A stretch of DNA of 20,000 bases from contig MU004192.1 of assembly GCA_010093605.1 (NCBI GenBank), forward strand, positions 173,322 through 193,321. The letters run 5' to 3'. The stretch comes from Lophium mytilinum (Eukaryota). The notes under the pieces are model-generated. The model did not search any database. It saw nothing but the letters and a program-made list of their open reading frames with translations, and was not told where the DNA came from. How positions within the stretch are numbered: position 1 is the first letter of the stretch; every line of letters starts with the position of its first letter. Shown in pieces: positions 1 through 9,678 of this stretch. The position numbers and the translations under genes were made by a program.

Positions 1-256
1 GTGTGCTCTCCAAATATCAGGTTCGACAGCGGTACAGCGAGCATCAGCGCGGACACACAGAGTACACGGCCGCTGTACGTCGCACTGATAGGGTTGGGTT
101 ATTACATGCTCAGAAGGATTATAGAAGAGAACCGACTTTCAGCTTTTGCTTCCGGCATCGTTCACATGCTTTCGGAACTTTTTTGGGATCTCCTCCCTTT
201 AGCAAGACAGGCGTAGTAATAGATGATTCATCCGGGATGTCTGTTAATCTCACCAT
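1..256 (-). CDS. Zn(II)2Cys6 fungal transcription factor, 5' part (continues beyond the left window edge)
   Basis: ATG at 256 on minus. Exon 1 is 256..137, the intron is 136..85 (GTCGGT...ATCAG, 52 nt) and exon 2 is 84..<1. Spliced translation MVRLTDIPDESSITTPVLLKGGDPKKVPKACERCRKQKLK|CDVQRPCTLCVRADARCTAVEPDIWRAH contains the binuclear cluster C-x2-C-x6-C-x5-C-x2-C-x6-C. Confidence 0.93.
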
Positions 257-705
257 CGAAGTTTCCTAGTAAGAAAAGTAATGGGGCCCTGGAAAGTAAG
301 AAGACAAAGCCGGTGGTGCATCTTGCGAGGCGAAAGAATTGCGTGGACGTTAGATGAGGCGTGACAACGCTCGGCATTTCGTGCAGTAGATTATTCCGCC
401 GGCAACCCTTACCGAATCCAGCAATAGCTTCCGAGTGGCGGTACGCTCACCCTTTCCGATGCAATTGCTCAACATGTTTACATGTCCACCGGAGGATATC
501 TCTCTACTGATCTTTTAGTATGGTCATTCTCGATGACGATTCCTTCACGCAGTCGTAGAAACTCCTATTTAAAGCAGGAGATGGACTGCCACAGGGTAGG
601 AGAAGTCCTTAGATCTTACAGCTCAAAACAACCATTCCACAAAAAGTGTTCAGCTTCATCTACGTCTCTTCTGCAACTTATATTCATTGCCTTTCGCTCT
701 ACAAA
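257..705. promoter_or_regulatory. Divergent promoter between the Zn2Cys6 TF and the aldolase gene
   Basis: 449 bp between head-to-head start codons. Several CGG/CCG triplets lie at ~310-495 and a TATA-like TATTTAAA at ~566-573 upstream of the aldolase. Confidence 0.55.
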
Positions 706-1506
706 ATGTCGAATACCGACTCCACGAACTGTTCCATCACAGTCACGCTCCTCCAACTCGCAAAAATGATCGACCACTCACTCCTCCATCCAACAATGAC
801 AGACGCAGACATCCTCGCAGGTCTTGCCATCGCAAAACAGTACAACGTTGCTACAGCTTGCATCAAACCCTATCTCATCCCCCTGGCGAAAAAGGAGCTG
901 GAAGGCACAGATGTTCAGATTTGCCCTGTTATCGGCTTTCCCCATGGAAACAGCACCACCGAAGTAAAAGCTTTTGAAGCGGGCGCCGCTGCCGCTGCAG
1001 GCGGGAAGGAGATTGACATGGTGATCAACATTGGCAAAGCTTTAGGCGGCGACTGGGTCTATGTCGCCAACGAGATCCAGACTGTCAAAAACGCGATTTC
1101 GAAACATGGCGCTCTTCTCAAGGTCATTTTCGAAAACGACTACCTCCCAGATGAAGTCATCATTCGACTGTGCGAGATCTGCTCAGATATAGGCGTCGCG
1201 TTTGTGAAAACCAGTACGGGCTATGGATTTGTGAAGCAGGCGAACGGGATGTACTCATACAAGGGCGCAACTGTCCATCATTTGAAGCTCATGAGGAAAC
1301 ATTCCAAGCCTGAAGTTCAGATCAAAGCGGCTGGAGGTGTGCGAACTTTGGATGATCTGCTGCATGTCATGTCCCTTGGATGCTCTCGAATTGGCGCAAC
1401 TGCTACGGTAAGCATTATGGCGGAAGCGGTGGAAAGAGGGATAACGGATGAGCCGACGACCGTGCAATTCAAGCCTATGAGCGATAGCTCCGCTGGGGGT
1501 TATTGA
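706..1506 (+). CDS. deoC: Deoxyribose-phosphate aldolase (DERA, class I aldolase), 266 aa, intronless
   Basis: Motifs IDHSLLHP, VIGFPHG, EIDMVINIG, LKVIFEN, FVKTSTG (Schiff-base Lys) and IKAAGGVR...SRIGA. ATG at 706 in CAAAATG context is preferred over the GTG at 646. Confidence 0.95.
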   Translation: MSNTDSTNCSITVTLLQLAKMIDHSLLHPTMTDADILAGLAIAKQYNVATACIKPYLIPLAKKELEGTDVQICPVIGFPHGNSTTEVKAFEAGAAAAAGGKEIDMVINIGKALGGDWVYVANEIQTVKNAISKHGALLKVIFENDYLPDEVIIRLCEICSDIGVAFVKTSTGYGFVKQANGMYSYKGATVHHLKLMRKHSKPEVQIKAAGGVRTLDDLLHVMSLGCSRIGATATVSIMAEAVERGITDEPTTVQFKPMSDSSAGGY

Positions 1507-2069
1507 AGTGTTGGATTTGCGCGAAGAAGAGCCTTCCTCGTATAAGAGCGGTAGCTGGATAAAGGATGAACGATGGAGACCAAAGGCTGAGAAGGAGTCT
1601 TGATAACATCAAAGCCATGAAACTTGAATTGTACACCCTTTCATATGCCACGTACTTGTGCAAGGTCTTATAATATGACGCCGCATGTAGCCTTGCAAGT
1701 CTGAAAATCTGCAGAGATGCGTGGTGAACATCAACGATGAACTTGGAGAATTTGGGGTTGCTTTCAAATTGATAGCTTCAACACTGCTAAAGCCCGAAGG
1801 CTTGCGTTTCTAGAGAATATTCTAGGTAAAGTAAGTAAAAAATCAAAGCCCATGCGACTTCGCGGGCATCCTGCCGCCCCAGACGTATATACCGGAAAGC
1901 TAACGCCATGCAATGCTGATTTGGGTATTACTCCGAACGTCTTCCAAGCAATATGAAGAAAGAGCCTAGAAACGCGTCAACGTCAACGTGAACGATCGTA
2001 CTCCTTGAGCTTGATTTCCCGTTCCCTTAAAAGCCCCCATGAACCCAAATTATAAACCTCATTTGAAAC

Positions 2070-5000
2070 CTAGATTCTGCCCCCTTCAACGATTTGCCTC
2101 CCCACAAGCTCTAACTCACCAGTCTCAGCAGTCCGCCTTCGTTCTAGCACCCATCGGTCACTCCCACTCTCATCCTGTTCGCGCACGTAGGTAACACTGT
2201 CGGCAGTGCTGCCCTTGCGACTGTGCGATGGCTTCCAGCCCCCACCAGGAGTAATGGGGCTTGTGGTGGAGATAGGAGATGTCAGGTTGAGAGATTGACT
2301 CGGAAGTGCGGTCCCAGACAGAGGCATAGAATGAACGTGGTCTACAGGATGGAAGAAAGAAGTAGAGAGGCTCAAAGGGGGTGGTGCCGCCTTGTTCTGG
2401 TGAATGTTCGGATTATCCATGGATTCTGAACCGGCAGGGGGACCTGACAAGACGGGGTAATTCGAAACTCTTAAGGTAGGGCTATCGTGGTATCTCTCTG
2501 GTTCTTCGCCGTCCTGCCCTTTATCGTCCCCATAGTCCGAGTCTGAGTCTTCGTCGGCGGCGTTCACAACGTCTAACGCTTCATCGTAGTCCTCCTCTTC
2601 ATAACCAGCATCGTTGATTTCTTCGTGAAGTGGCGCATCATCGCTGTCAATGTCTCTATAGAATGTCTGGGAATTTGCCATTGGGCTCGCGCCACGAGGA
2701 TATTGTGGAAATGCGACAGGACTGGAATTACGAGGGGATGTACCAGATGAGCTGCGCAGGCTTCCGTTGCTACCACCGAACGCGCCCCTTCTCAACTTCA
2801 TGAGCTGGCTGAGGCTGATATCTGGATCGTCGTCAGGAAATCCGTAAGGGCTCATCCTGGCTAGTTGCGCAATGCCTGGGCTGGGGAGTCCTTGGTCGCC
2901 GTGCCGGAAATGGCTGAGACTGATGTACGAGTTGCGCGTGCTGTACTCACTGCGTTCGGTGATTGGTGTTAGGTTTGGTTCGCGCACTGCGTTCCGACCG
3001 CTCACACTGCGTCCCAAAGCACTTTGGCCAAAGTACCCACCGTTCGCAAATTGAGCCTCACCTTGAGCAGACGCATAGAACCCGAACTCCTGACCGTAGA
3101 ATCCATCGTCATCATTCGCTAGCGCTTCGGCATTGGCAGCTGCTATCATGGGATCGTCTTCTAGAGCGCTGTCATAGTCGCTGTAATCGTAATTATCATC
3201 ATCGATGAAGCCTGAACCAACGCCGTACTCAGAAGCAAAGCCATGGGTTTCTTGGCTGACTCGACTATCGTCAGGAATGAGGCTTGGTTGAGAGCCGTGA
3301 CTATTGGAGTCCTCATCATCTTCGAGGCCAGACCGGCTGCCTAAATCGACGCTTGCTTGTCGCTGGAAACGACCATCGGCTTCGGCTTTGTGGGCTGCGT
3401 CGGCTAGGGCGGTGTGGTATGCTTCGAGATTCATGAAAGTGGGAGAGGACTGTTGGCGTGCTTTAGATGTATGGTGAGCTAAAGCAGGACCTGAACGGTC
3501 AAGATAGCTCGACAACTCGGCTTCTGTACCATGTATTTCGGGTTGGCCAACAACAGAATTATTCTCTGGGATGGTAAGTTTTAATTGGTCGTTTTTCAAA
3601 TCTGTAGCTGGTGGTACAGAATAGAGTAAGGGCCGTTCGTAGAGAGGATGTGATGGATCGTCAAATATATTCTCGTCGAAAGTGTCTCCGTCACCGGGCG
3701 AAGGTGGTTCTATCATGCCGTCGTCGAAGTATAAATCATCACCAACAGTGTTGTCGACCATCCCGTTGGCCGTCGCTAAGGGAGAATCAGTTGTCCAAGG
3801 CGTTGCAGCAGGCGTGAGTTCAGACGTTTCGTTTCTGGCATCGCTCTCGACGTCAAGTAGACCTAGGCCTTTTGCTTCTGATATTGGGTAATCTGATCCT
3901 CTGAGATGCTGGCCAGGAGGCGGTAAGTGAACATTTGGTGCTATATGATCGGATAACGCGAAGCCAATAGCGTTGCCCTCAGCATCGCGTGGAGTTTGCG
4001 CAGTGTCTTCGTCGGTGATACTTGGAATAGCGGGACTTTCAAGCGGCAGGCGGAGGGATGATAGGTCAAATGCTGCAATTCCTGGAGACATCATGTCCAT
4101 CTCATCATAGTCGTCTCCGCCCACCATCGGTATGTCTTCGTCGAAATCATTATCCATGTCATAGTCATACATATCTTCGTCGTAGTCATCCTCAAAAGTA
4201 TTGGTCGATAGACGGGCTTGCTTTGACGCCTTTTCTGCAGCCTTCTGCTTATGTCGCTCTTCTAAGAGTCTTTCCTGCGCAGAGTCGTTTCCAGATATTT
4301 GAAAGCTAAAGCGTGAAGACTTGCTAGTGAGGTGAGCGGGCAGTCCGGCAGGCACAAAAGAGGGATCTGTAACCGAAGTTGCTCGCGAGCGGGACGATGG
4401 AGGTGTCTTTGTTGAAATCCTCTTCCTAGGTGTGCGTTCCGGGGAAGTCGGGCTCGTCGGGCTGGTAGACTCCTGGACAGGGGACAACATCGACGATTCA
4501 AATGACTCAGGCGGCGGTGCATAGCCATCAGGAAGAGCTGGAAGAGGTGGGGGCCGGGAAGTAGGCGGCGGAGAGTTTTTTGTTATAGGAGGAGGAGGGG
4601 GTGGCGAGCGAGAAGGTGGAGGTGGCATTGAGTTTCTGGCCACGAAGTCACGATTTGCTAAAGTCTCTGCACGGACAGCGGCCTGTGAGGCTTCGAGGCT
4701 CAACGACTCATCAAAGTGTTCGCGGAATATGGGCGTGTGTTCTCTGTCTATTTTTGGTGGGCTGTAGTCTCCAGATGATTGCCTAGTATGTGCCGGTCCA
4801 TTCTGGTTAACCTGCAGATGCCCGGCCTGGTCAGCGTCCCTATTAGTGTTACTGTAAGCATCGTTGTAGGAGAAGTTTCTCCTTGGTCTAGGTGCGCTGA
4901 AATCATGAACGACGTTTCCTCTAATCCGTGGATCGTAGCCATCCGGTAATGTCATAGCGGGAATCACTTGGCTTCGATGGGTGACCAAAGACTCGTCTGA

Positions 5001-5705
5001 AAGGGTATCAATTGACTGGCCTGTGCGGCGTCTCATAAGAAGAGACATGGGATTCCGCAGGTTCAGTCTGGACTTTACTGGCTTCTGTGAATGGGCGGTA
5101 GGTACGGACGCCGAAGCCTTGGACGAGCTCGACTGCTTGTCGCTATGCCCGGCAAGGAGCGAGGATTGCGACTGGGAATTGAGTGCATAATTGTTTGAGG
5201 AGGCTAGGGTTGGTACTGCGGGCATTGAGTAGATATCTCCGTGCGCTTCAACGCGAGTCCGGTCTAGAGGCCGCTGTCCGGCAGCCTTGTAACCAGCATG
5301 CGCATCGTCATGCTTCGAAGAAGCCCACGGGCTCCCTTGGCTCTGCGGAAGCGAATCGTACGAGACGGTCTGCATTGCCGGCCGCAAGCCTCTGCTCTGG
5401 TTTATATTCTCCCGTGATCCTGCCTCTGCTGAGTGTTCAACGTGCCCAGGGTATGCAGTCGAATTGGACGCAGGTGGAGGGGCCGGCCCATACTGTGAAG
5501 CCACACGTGGTATCGGGGGCAGGCTCGGAGGGAACGGCGAGACAGGAGATGCTGACTGCAGGTTTGGCGACGAGGAGAAGTGCTCGGGCGACTGTAGCGG
5601 GGAGAGCTGGCTCGTTGGGGCGTTGGCAGCATCCGGTGAGCTCGGATTAGAGGCATTGCGCTTGTGGTGAGGTCGGAGGTAGGAGAACATGTTCGACGGC
5701 GCCAT
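2070..5705 (-). CDS. Large Pro/Ser/acidic low-complexity fungal protein of unknown function (1211 aa, single exon)
   Basis: Uninterrupted 3.6-kb ORF with a good start context (GTTATGGC on minus). Disorder-like composition is punctuated by motif-like islands (LNLRNPMSLLMRRR, YDPRIRGNVVHDFSAPRPRR, DDLYFDDG, EPNLTPITERSEYSTRNS, C-terminal WVLERRRT...EGGRI). No catalytic domain recognised. Confidence 0.85.
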   Translation of the reverse strand: MAPSNMFSYLRPHHKRNASNPSSPDAANAPTSQLSPLQSPEHFSSSPNLQSASPVSPFPPSLPPIPRVASQYGPAPPPASNSTAYPGHVEHSAEAGSRENINQSRGLRPAMQTVSYDSLPQSQGSPWASSKHDDAHAGYKAAGQRPLDRTRVEAHGDIYSMPAVPTLASSNNYALNSQSQSSLLAGHSDKQSSSSKASASVPTAHSQKPVKSRLNLRNPMSLLMRRRTGQSIDTLSDESLVTHRSQVIPAMTLPDGYDPRIRGNVVHDFSAPRPRRNFSYNDAYSNTNRDADQAGHLQVNQNGPAHTRQSSGDYSPPKIDREHTPIFREHFDESLSLEASQAAVRAETLANRDFVARNSMPPPPSRSPPPPPPITKNSPPPTSRPPPLPALPDGYAPPPESFESSMLSPVQESTSPTSPTSPERTPRKRISTKTPPSSRSRATSVTDPSFVPAGLPAHLTSKSSRFSFQISGNDSAQERLLEERHKQKAAEKASKQARLSTNTFEDDYDEDMYDYDMDNDFDEDIPMVGGDDYDEMDMMSPGIAAFDLSSLRLPLESPAIPSITDEDTAQTPRDAEGNAIGFALSDHIAPNVHLPPPGQHLRGSDYPISEAKGLGLLDVESDARNETSELTPAATPWTTDSPLATANGMVDNTVGDDLYFDDGMIEPPSPGDGDTFDENIFDDPSHPLYERPLLYSVPPATDLKNDQLKLTIPENNSVVGQPEIHGTEAELSSYLDRSGPALAHHTSKARQQSSPTFMNLEAYHTALADAAHKAEADGRFQRQASVDLGSRSGLEDDEDSNSHGSQPSLIPDDSRVSQETHGFASEYGVGSGFIDDDNYDYSDYDSALEDDPMIAAANAEALANDDDGFYGQEFGFYASAQGEAQFANGGYFGQSALGRSVSGRNAVREPNLTPITERSEYSTRNSYISLSHFRHGDQGLPSPGIAQLARMSPYGFPDDDPDISLSQLMKLRRGAFGGSNGSLRSSSGTSPRNSSPVAFPQYPRGASPMANSQTFYRDIDSDDAPLHEEINDAGYEEEDYDEALDVVNAADEDSDSDYGDDKGQDGEEPERYHDSPTLRVSNYPVLSGPPAGSESMDNPNIHQNKAAPPPLSLSTSFFHPVDHVHSMPLSGTALPSQSLNLTSPISTTSPITPGGGWKPSHSRKGSTADSVTYVREQDESGSDRWVLERRRTAETGELELVGRQIVEGGRI

Positions 5706-6119
5706 AACGGCTTACTGTACGACGACCAAATGCCACTGTTCTCCAGATTGCGTCTGCCTGTCACCGAGTCGCAGTGGTGGTGCGGTCAGCGACCGTCACG
5801 CCTCTCGCTGAGGCCAACTACAGGCAGGGACCATCGGACGGCCGGCCCTACGCCAGAGAAGGCTGTCGAGGCTGCCGATGCCGCGATAGGATCGTACTGG
5901 TCGCGGTTCCGATGTTGCACCAGCGGGCAGGATGCGGGCGGCCTTCTTAGGCAGAGCGCGTGCAGCGGGACGGCGCAGGATAGAGGGCGAAGAACTACCA
6001 GGTAGGTAGGACAAGATGGAGCAAAATGCTGGGAGTATATGCGAGGCATTCAATCGCGCGGGTCGTGGATATCGTGAGTCGTGAAATTGTTGGCGTCGTC
6101 TCATCCCCAGGATAGGAAT

Positions 6120-6310
6120 AACCACCAATGAGACGCTTCACATGCTCGAGGTTGGACCTGGCCAATCAGCGTGCTTGAGAATTCGGTGAATTTCCACGGG
6201 TATGCAATTGCCTGGACTCGGCCTGGATTTATTGTGTGGTATTCTTACATCTTGCCGCTGTCGGCTGGCTCCAGCTAGTACATTCACTGCTATTAGAAAC
6301 TTCAGATGCG
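6120..6310. promoter_or_regulatory. Divergent promoter region with CCAAT boxes and a partial heat-shock element
   Basis: CCAAT at ~6125 and ~6162; aGAAacTTCa two-unit HSE-like motif at ~6295-6304 upstream of an Hsp90 co-chaperone gene. These motifs are short, so support is weak. Confidence 0.3.
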
Positions 6311-6517
6311 CCTTACATTGCAGCCTCGTTGTCGTCTCACCCGAGCCCAGCGAAGTAGCCGAAGCGAGCTTAGTGTCTTGGCAATGCCATCCATTCTAGC
6401 AGCTTCTTCCTCGACCTCTCCCCGAGCACTCCATAACTCGACCTTCTTAAATGCGCCCCCTCGCCCCGATGCTGCAGGCGGAACTCGGTCTTTGTCGTCC
6501 GCATTGAATTGCCAAAG

Positions 6518-6712
6518 GTAAGCGGCTGAATTATTTTCTACCTCGGTTCGAATGATGAAACAACAGCTGGCACCAGGCCTAGAAGACTTGTACTCTTTTG
6601 ATGCGGAAAATGCTTGCGGGGAGCAAAGACTCCTTTCTGACTTCCACTCTCTGTCTCTATTGACTTAGCAATTCTTTATAAGACTTTGAGGCTAACAGAG
6701 GTCGAATATCAG
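6518..6712 (+). other. Intron upstream of the AHA1 start codon (probable 5' UTR intron, snoRNA host)
   Basis: Donor AG|GTAAGC at 6518, branch GCTAAC at 6691-6696, acceptor CAG at 6710-6712. At 195 nt it is more than twice the length of the two coding introns. Confidence 0.75.
6547..6645 (+). ncRNA. Box C/D snoRNA, snR40-like, predicted guide for 18S rRNA 2'-O-methylation near G562 (yeast numbering)
   Basis: Box C ATGATGA at 6552-6558, box D CTGA at 6637-6640, C'-like TTGATGC at 6598-6604. GCTGGCACCAGGC (6566-6578) is complementary to the conserved 18S sequence GUCUGGUGCCAGC with one G-U pair. TTGTACTC (6588-6595) is complementary to the nearby 18S GAGUACAA. Ends are approximate. Confidence 0.8.
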
Positions 6713-6771
6713 CATAGATCGACAGAGTTTTCGCCGGCAGACACCCCGCAACCACCGTTCCGGCCTACAAC

Positions 6772-7938
6772 ATGGTCCTTCACAACCCCAACAATTGGCA
6801 CTGGGTCAATAAGGATGTCTCTCCATGGGCAAAGGAGTTCCTCGAGAAGGAGTTGACCGACCTCTCGGCCGAAGATGGCGGCGTGTCTGCGAAGGTTGAC
6901 AAGGTCGTCAGCATGGATGGAGATGTCGATGTGAGCCAGCGGAAGGGCAAGGTGATCACGCTCTTCGACGTAAAGCTGAAGCTGGAATACTCTGGTAAGT
7001 AGCGTTTTGCCTCCGCCTGCTACGTCCCGGCCCCTGTCGTCACCTCGACGCACACTGGAATTATGGCTAAATCTCTCCATTAGGCAAGAACAAAGATGGA
7101 GAAGAAGCTAGTGGCACCATCACGATACCTGAGGTAGCACATGACACGGAGGAAGATGAGTACGTTGTACGTTCCCTTTCCTCTGACCCATGAACTTACT
7201 ACTTGCCGCTTTTGATCTTCTGATCGCTAACCGGCTGTTCTTCAGTTCGACATAGACATCTACTCCGACGCTAGCAGCAAGCAACCAGTCAAAGATCTTG
7301 TGCGTGCAAAGATCGTTCCTCAACTGCGTGAACACCTCCAGAAGCTGGGCCCTGCGTTGATTGCAGAGCACGGACGGGACATCCAACACGCCCCGGGAGA
7401 TGATCCGTCCACTGGCTGGGCTTCACCAAAAGTCTACTCGAGCTCCTCCGTTAACAAAACGGCCTCGGAACCTAAGTCAACGTCTACAACCACCACCCAG
7501 GGAGGCTCTTCTGGCCCGCACGTCAATGTGACTACCCTTGAAGAGAGCACCGAATTCCGTACTACCGCTGCTGAGCTCTACAAGACGTTTACAGACCCGG
7601 CTCGTATGGCTGCTTTCACTCGCTCCCCACCTAGTGTTTTCACTGGTGCTGTATTAGGGGGTCGCTATGAGCTCTTTGGCGGCAACGTGTCCGGAGAGTA
7701 CACCGTATTGGAGGAGCCGACCCACATCGTACAGAAGTGGCGTCTGGCACAGTGGCCGCAGGGACACTACTCTACGCTGTCGATTCATTTCGATCAGAAC
7801 GATGTCGACTCCGTCACCGTGATGCGAGTCGAATGGAAGGGCGTCCCTATCGGCCAAGAAGAGCCGACCAAGCGGAACTGGGGAGAATATTACGTGCGAA
7901 GCATCAAGACGACATTTGGATTCGGAACGGTTCTATAG
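6772..7938 (+). CDS. AHA1: Activator of Hsp90 ATPase Aha1, 332 aa, 3 coding exons
   Basis: Exons 6772-6994, 7084-7166 and 7246-7938 total 999 nt in frame. Introns are GTAAGT..GCTAAA..TAG and GTACGT..GCTAAC..CAG. Contains the N-terminal NPNNWHW motif, VSQRKGK motif and a C-terminal AHSA1/START-like domain (ELFGGNVSG, IVQKWRL..WP, NWGEYY). Confidence 0.97.
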
Positions 7939-8649
7939 ACCACCGCCACCATGTCTAGGGCGGCGTAGAATTCTCACTGGCGTATTTGGGGCGACGGCGT
8001 GATGATGGATGAAGCATCAAGACCTTATGCAAAGACTTTAGAGATAACAGTACTCAAAAACAATCTGCAATACGATAATTGGGTACTCAAGAACGTTGAG
8101 CTTTGTAGGTGAAAGTCTGCCCTGCCCTCTGACATCGTAGGTGCATGCGACTACCGAAGAACCTACTCTTCAAACTGATTGTCAGCCTGTTGGCCTTCAT
8201 TTTGTCAGCATGCAGATCCTTCCAAAGTTCTGCATTGCGTGACCAGACTTTGGTTATTTGGAAGCGTCAATGACAAAGCATTCAATGTCATTCAAGCCAT
8301 TCTTTAGGCTTCACAACCGCAACTCCGCAGCATGACCAAGCTTGTGGTAGGTATGCCCAATATTGAGATTCATGCAACCTCGAGAGCAATAACAACACTC
8401 TTGGGCACGGAACTCCGATTTATACATCGTAGTTTAGCAGATTGACTGCTGAGCAACGCGTCTTGACTGCTTAGTTGGCTCAATTTTCTATGACTTCCAG
8501 GTAGGGACTCAAATACATAGATGTAGCTACATGTGTCTACAATAAACGTTTCACGAAGACAACAACCAATACCTCGCTGCTCATATCTTGAAACCCCATC
8601 CTCACTCTGTACCTCTCTCGCTTCATACAGACCGTCGTCTGCAAGAAAC

Positions 8650-9678
8650 ATGAGCTCTTCATCCCCACCGTCCCCTCTCCCGACCTTATTCATTACTGGC
8701 GCTCTAGGATATATCGGAGGCACCTTTTTAACTGTCCTGAAGAGGTCACAGCCTTCAATCCTCACTCGCGCTCTTGTCCGCGACCAAACCCAAGCAGAGA
8801 CTCTGTCTGACTTCTACGGATGGACCGTCACACCAATCATCGGCAAGCTAGATGACCTAGAGTTCCTCACGGACGAGGCCGCGAAAGCCGACATCATCAT
8901 TCAAGCAACTGGTGACAACACAGACGCCGTCTTAGCTCTCATGGAAGGCACTACGTTGAATCCCAAGCACAACTCCGCCAACACCATCGAACGGCCTATC
9001 TTCATCCAGATTTCGGGCGCCAGCAACGTCGCCCACACTGTTCTGGGTGAGAAGTCCCCGCGTGTCTGGAGCGATATTGCCGACTGGGACGACCTCCTGA
9101 AGCTCGAGGAGACACGCATCAGCGTCAAGACCGATAACGCCATCCGCAAGCTGTCGTCCAAGAAGAATATTCGCTCTCTCACTCTCTCGCCAAACGTACT
9201 CCTCGGCCGCGGCCTTGGCGCGGGGAAGACAGAGACTTTCCCGAAACTGCAGTACGAGAATGTGCTCAAGAACGGTGCTGCCTTCTTGGGTGGCAAAGGA
9301 ACTAATGTTTGGAGCTCGATGTCGATCGAAGATCTCGGCCGCGCGTGCGTTTTCCTCTTGGAGGAAGCACAAAAGGGAAACAAAAGCCGGCTGCAGTTTG
9401 GGCAGAATGGATATTACTTTATTACGGCGTTTGACCTCTCGGCAGCGGATAGGGCGCAGGCGTTGGGGGAAAGGCTGTATAAGCAGGGGCTGATTCCGAC
9501 ACCAGAAGTGCAGGTGAAGACGCTTGAGGAGATTGGGGCGCAATTTGGCCCCTTTGGACCGGTTCTTGCGGCGAGTAGCTCGTTGATCAGGGCGGATAAG
9601 CTGGGGAAGCTGGGGTGGAAGCCTGTGGACTATGACTGGGTGAGGTTGGTTCAAGAGGCGCCTGGCACGAGGTGCTAG
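8650..9678 (+). CDS. NAD(P)-binding Rossmann-fold protein (atypical SDR / NmrA / epimerase-like), 342 aa, intronless
   Basis: N-terminal LFITGALGYIGG dinucleotide-binding motif, RALVRD, ADIIIQA, FIQISGAS, NVWSSMSIEDLGRA and a C-terminal KLGWKP typical of this family. ATG at 8650 places the GxxGxxG motif near the N-terminus. Confidence 0.9.
   Translation: MSSSSPPSPLPTLFITGALGYIGGTFLTVLKRSQPSILTRALVRDQTQAETLSDFYGWTVTPIIGKLDDLEFLTDEAAKADIIIQATGDNTDAVLALMEGTTLNPKHNSANTIERPIFIQISGASNVAHTVLGEKSPRVWSDIADWDDLLKLEETRISVKTDNAIRKLSSKKNIRSLTLSPNVLLGRGLGAGKTETFPKLQYENVLKNGAAFLGGKGTNVWSSMSIEDLGRACVFLLEEAQKGNKSRLQFGQNGYYFITAFDLSAADRAQALGERLYKQGLIPTPEVQVKTLEEIGAQFGPFGPVLAASSSLIRADKLGKLGWKPVDYDWVRLVQEAPGTRC

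Noticed and set aside
1..269. Plus-strand ORFs 1..216 and 3..269
   Set aside because: Antisense shadows of the spliced minus-strand Zn2Cys6 gene.
646..705. N-terminal extension of the aldolase from GTG 646
   Set aside because: Non-ATG start in a eukaryote; ATG 706 has good context and fits the family N-terminus.
1806..1826. HSE-like TTCTAGAGAATATTCTAG
   Set aside because: Lies between convergent 3' ends, not in a promoter.
5664..6521. Several 65-113 aa ORFs between the large gene and AHA1
   Set aside because: GC-rich UTR/promoter sequence, mostly non-ATG starts, no recognisable protein features.
8533..8649. 39-aa N-terminal extension of the SDR-like ORF
   Set aside because: Resembles a pyrimidine-rich leader, and the Rossmann motif normally starts near the N-terminus. 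A targeting peptide cannot be fully excluded.
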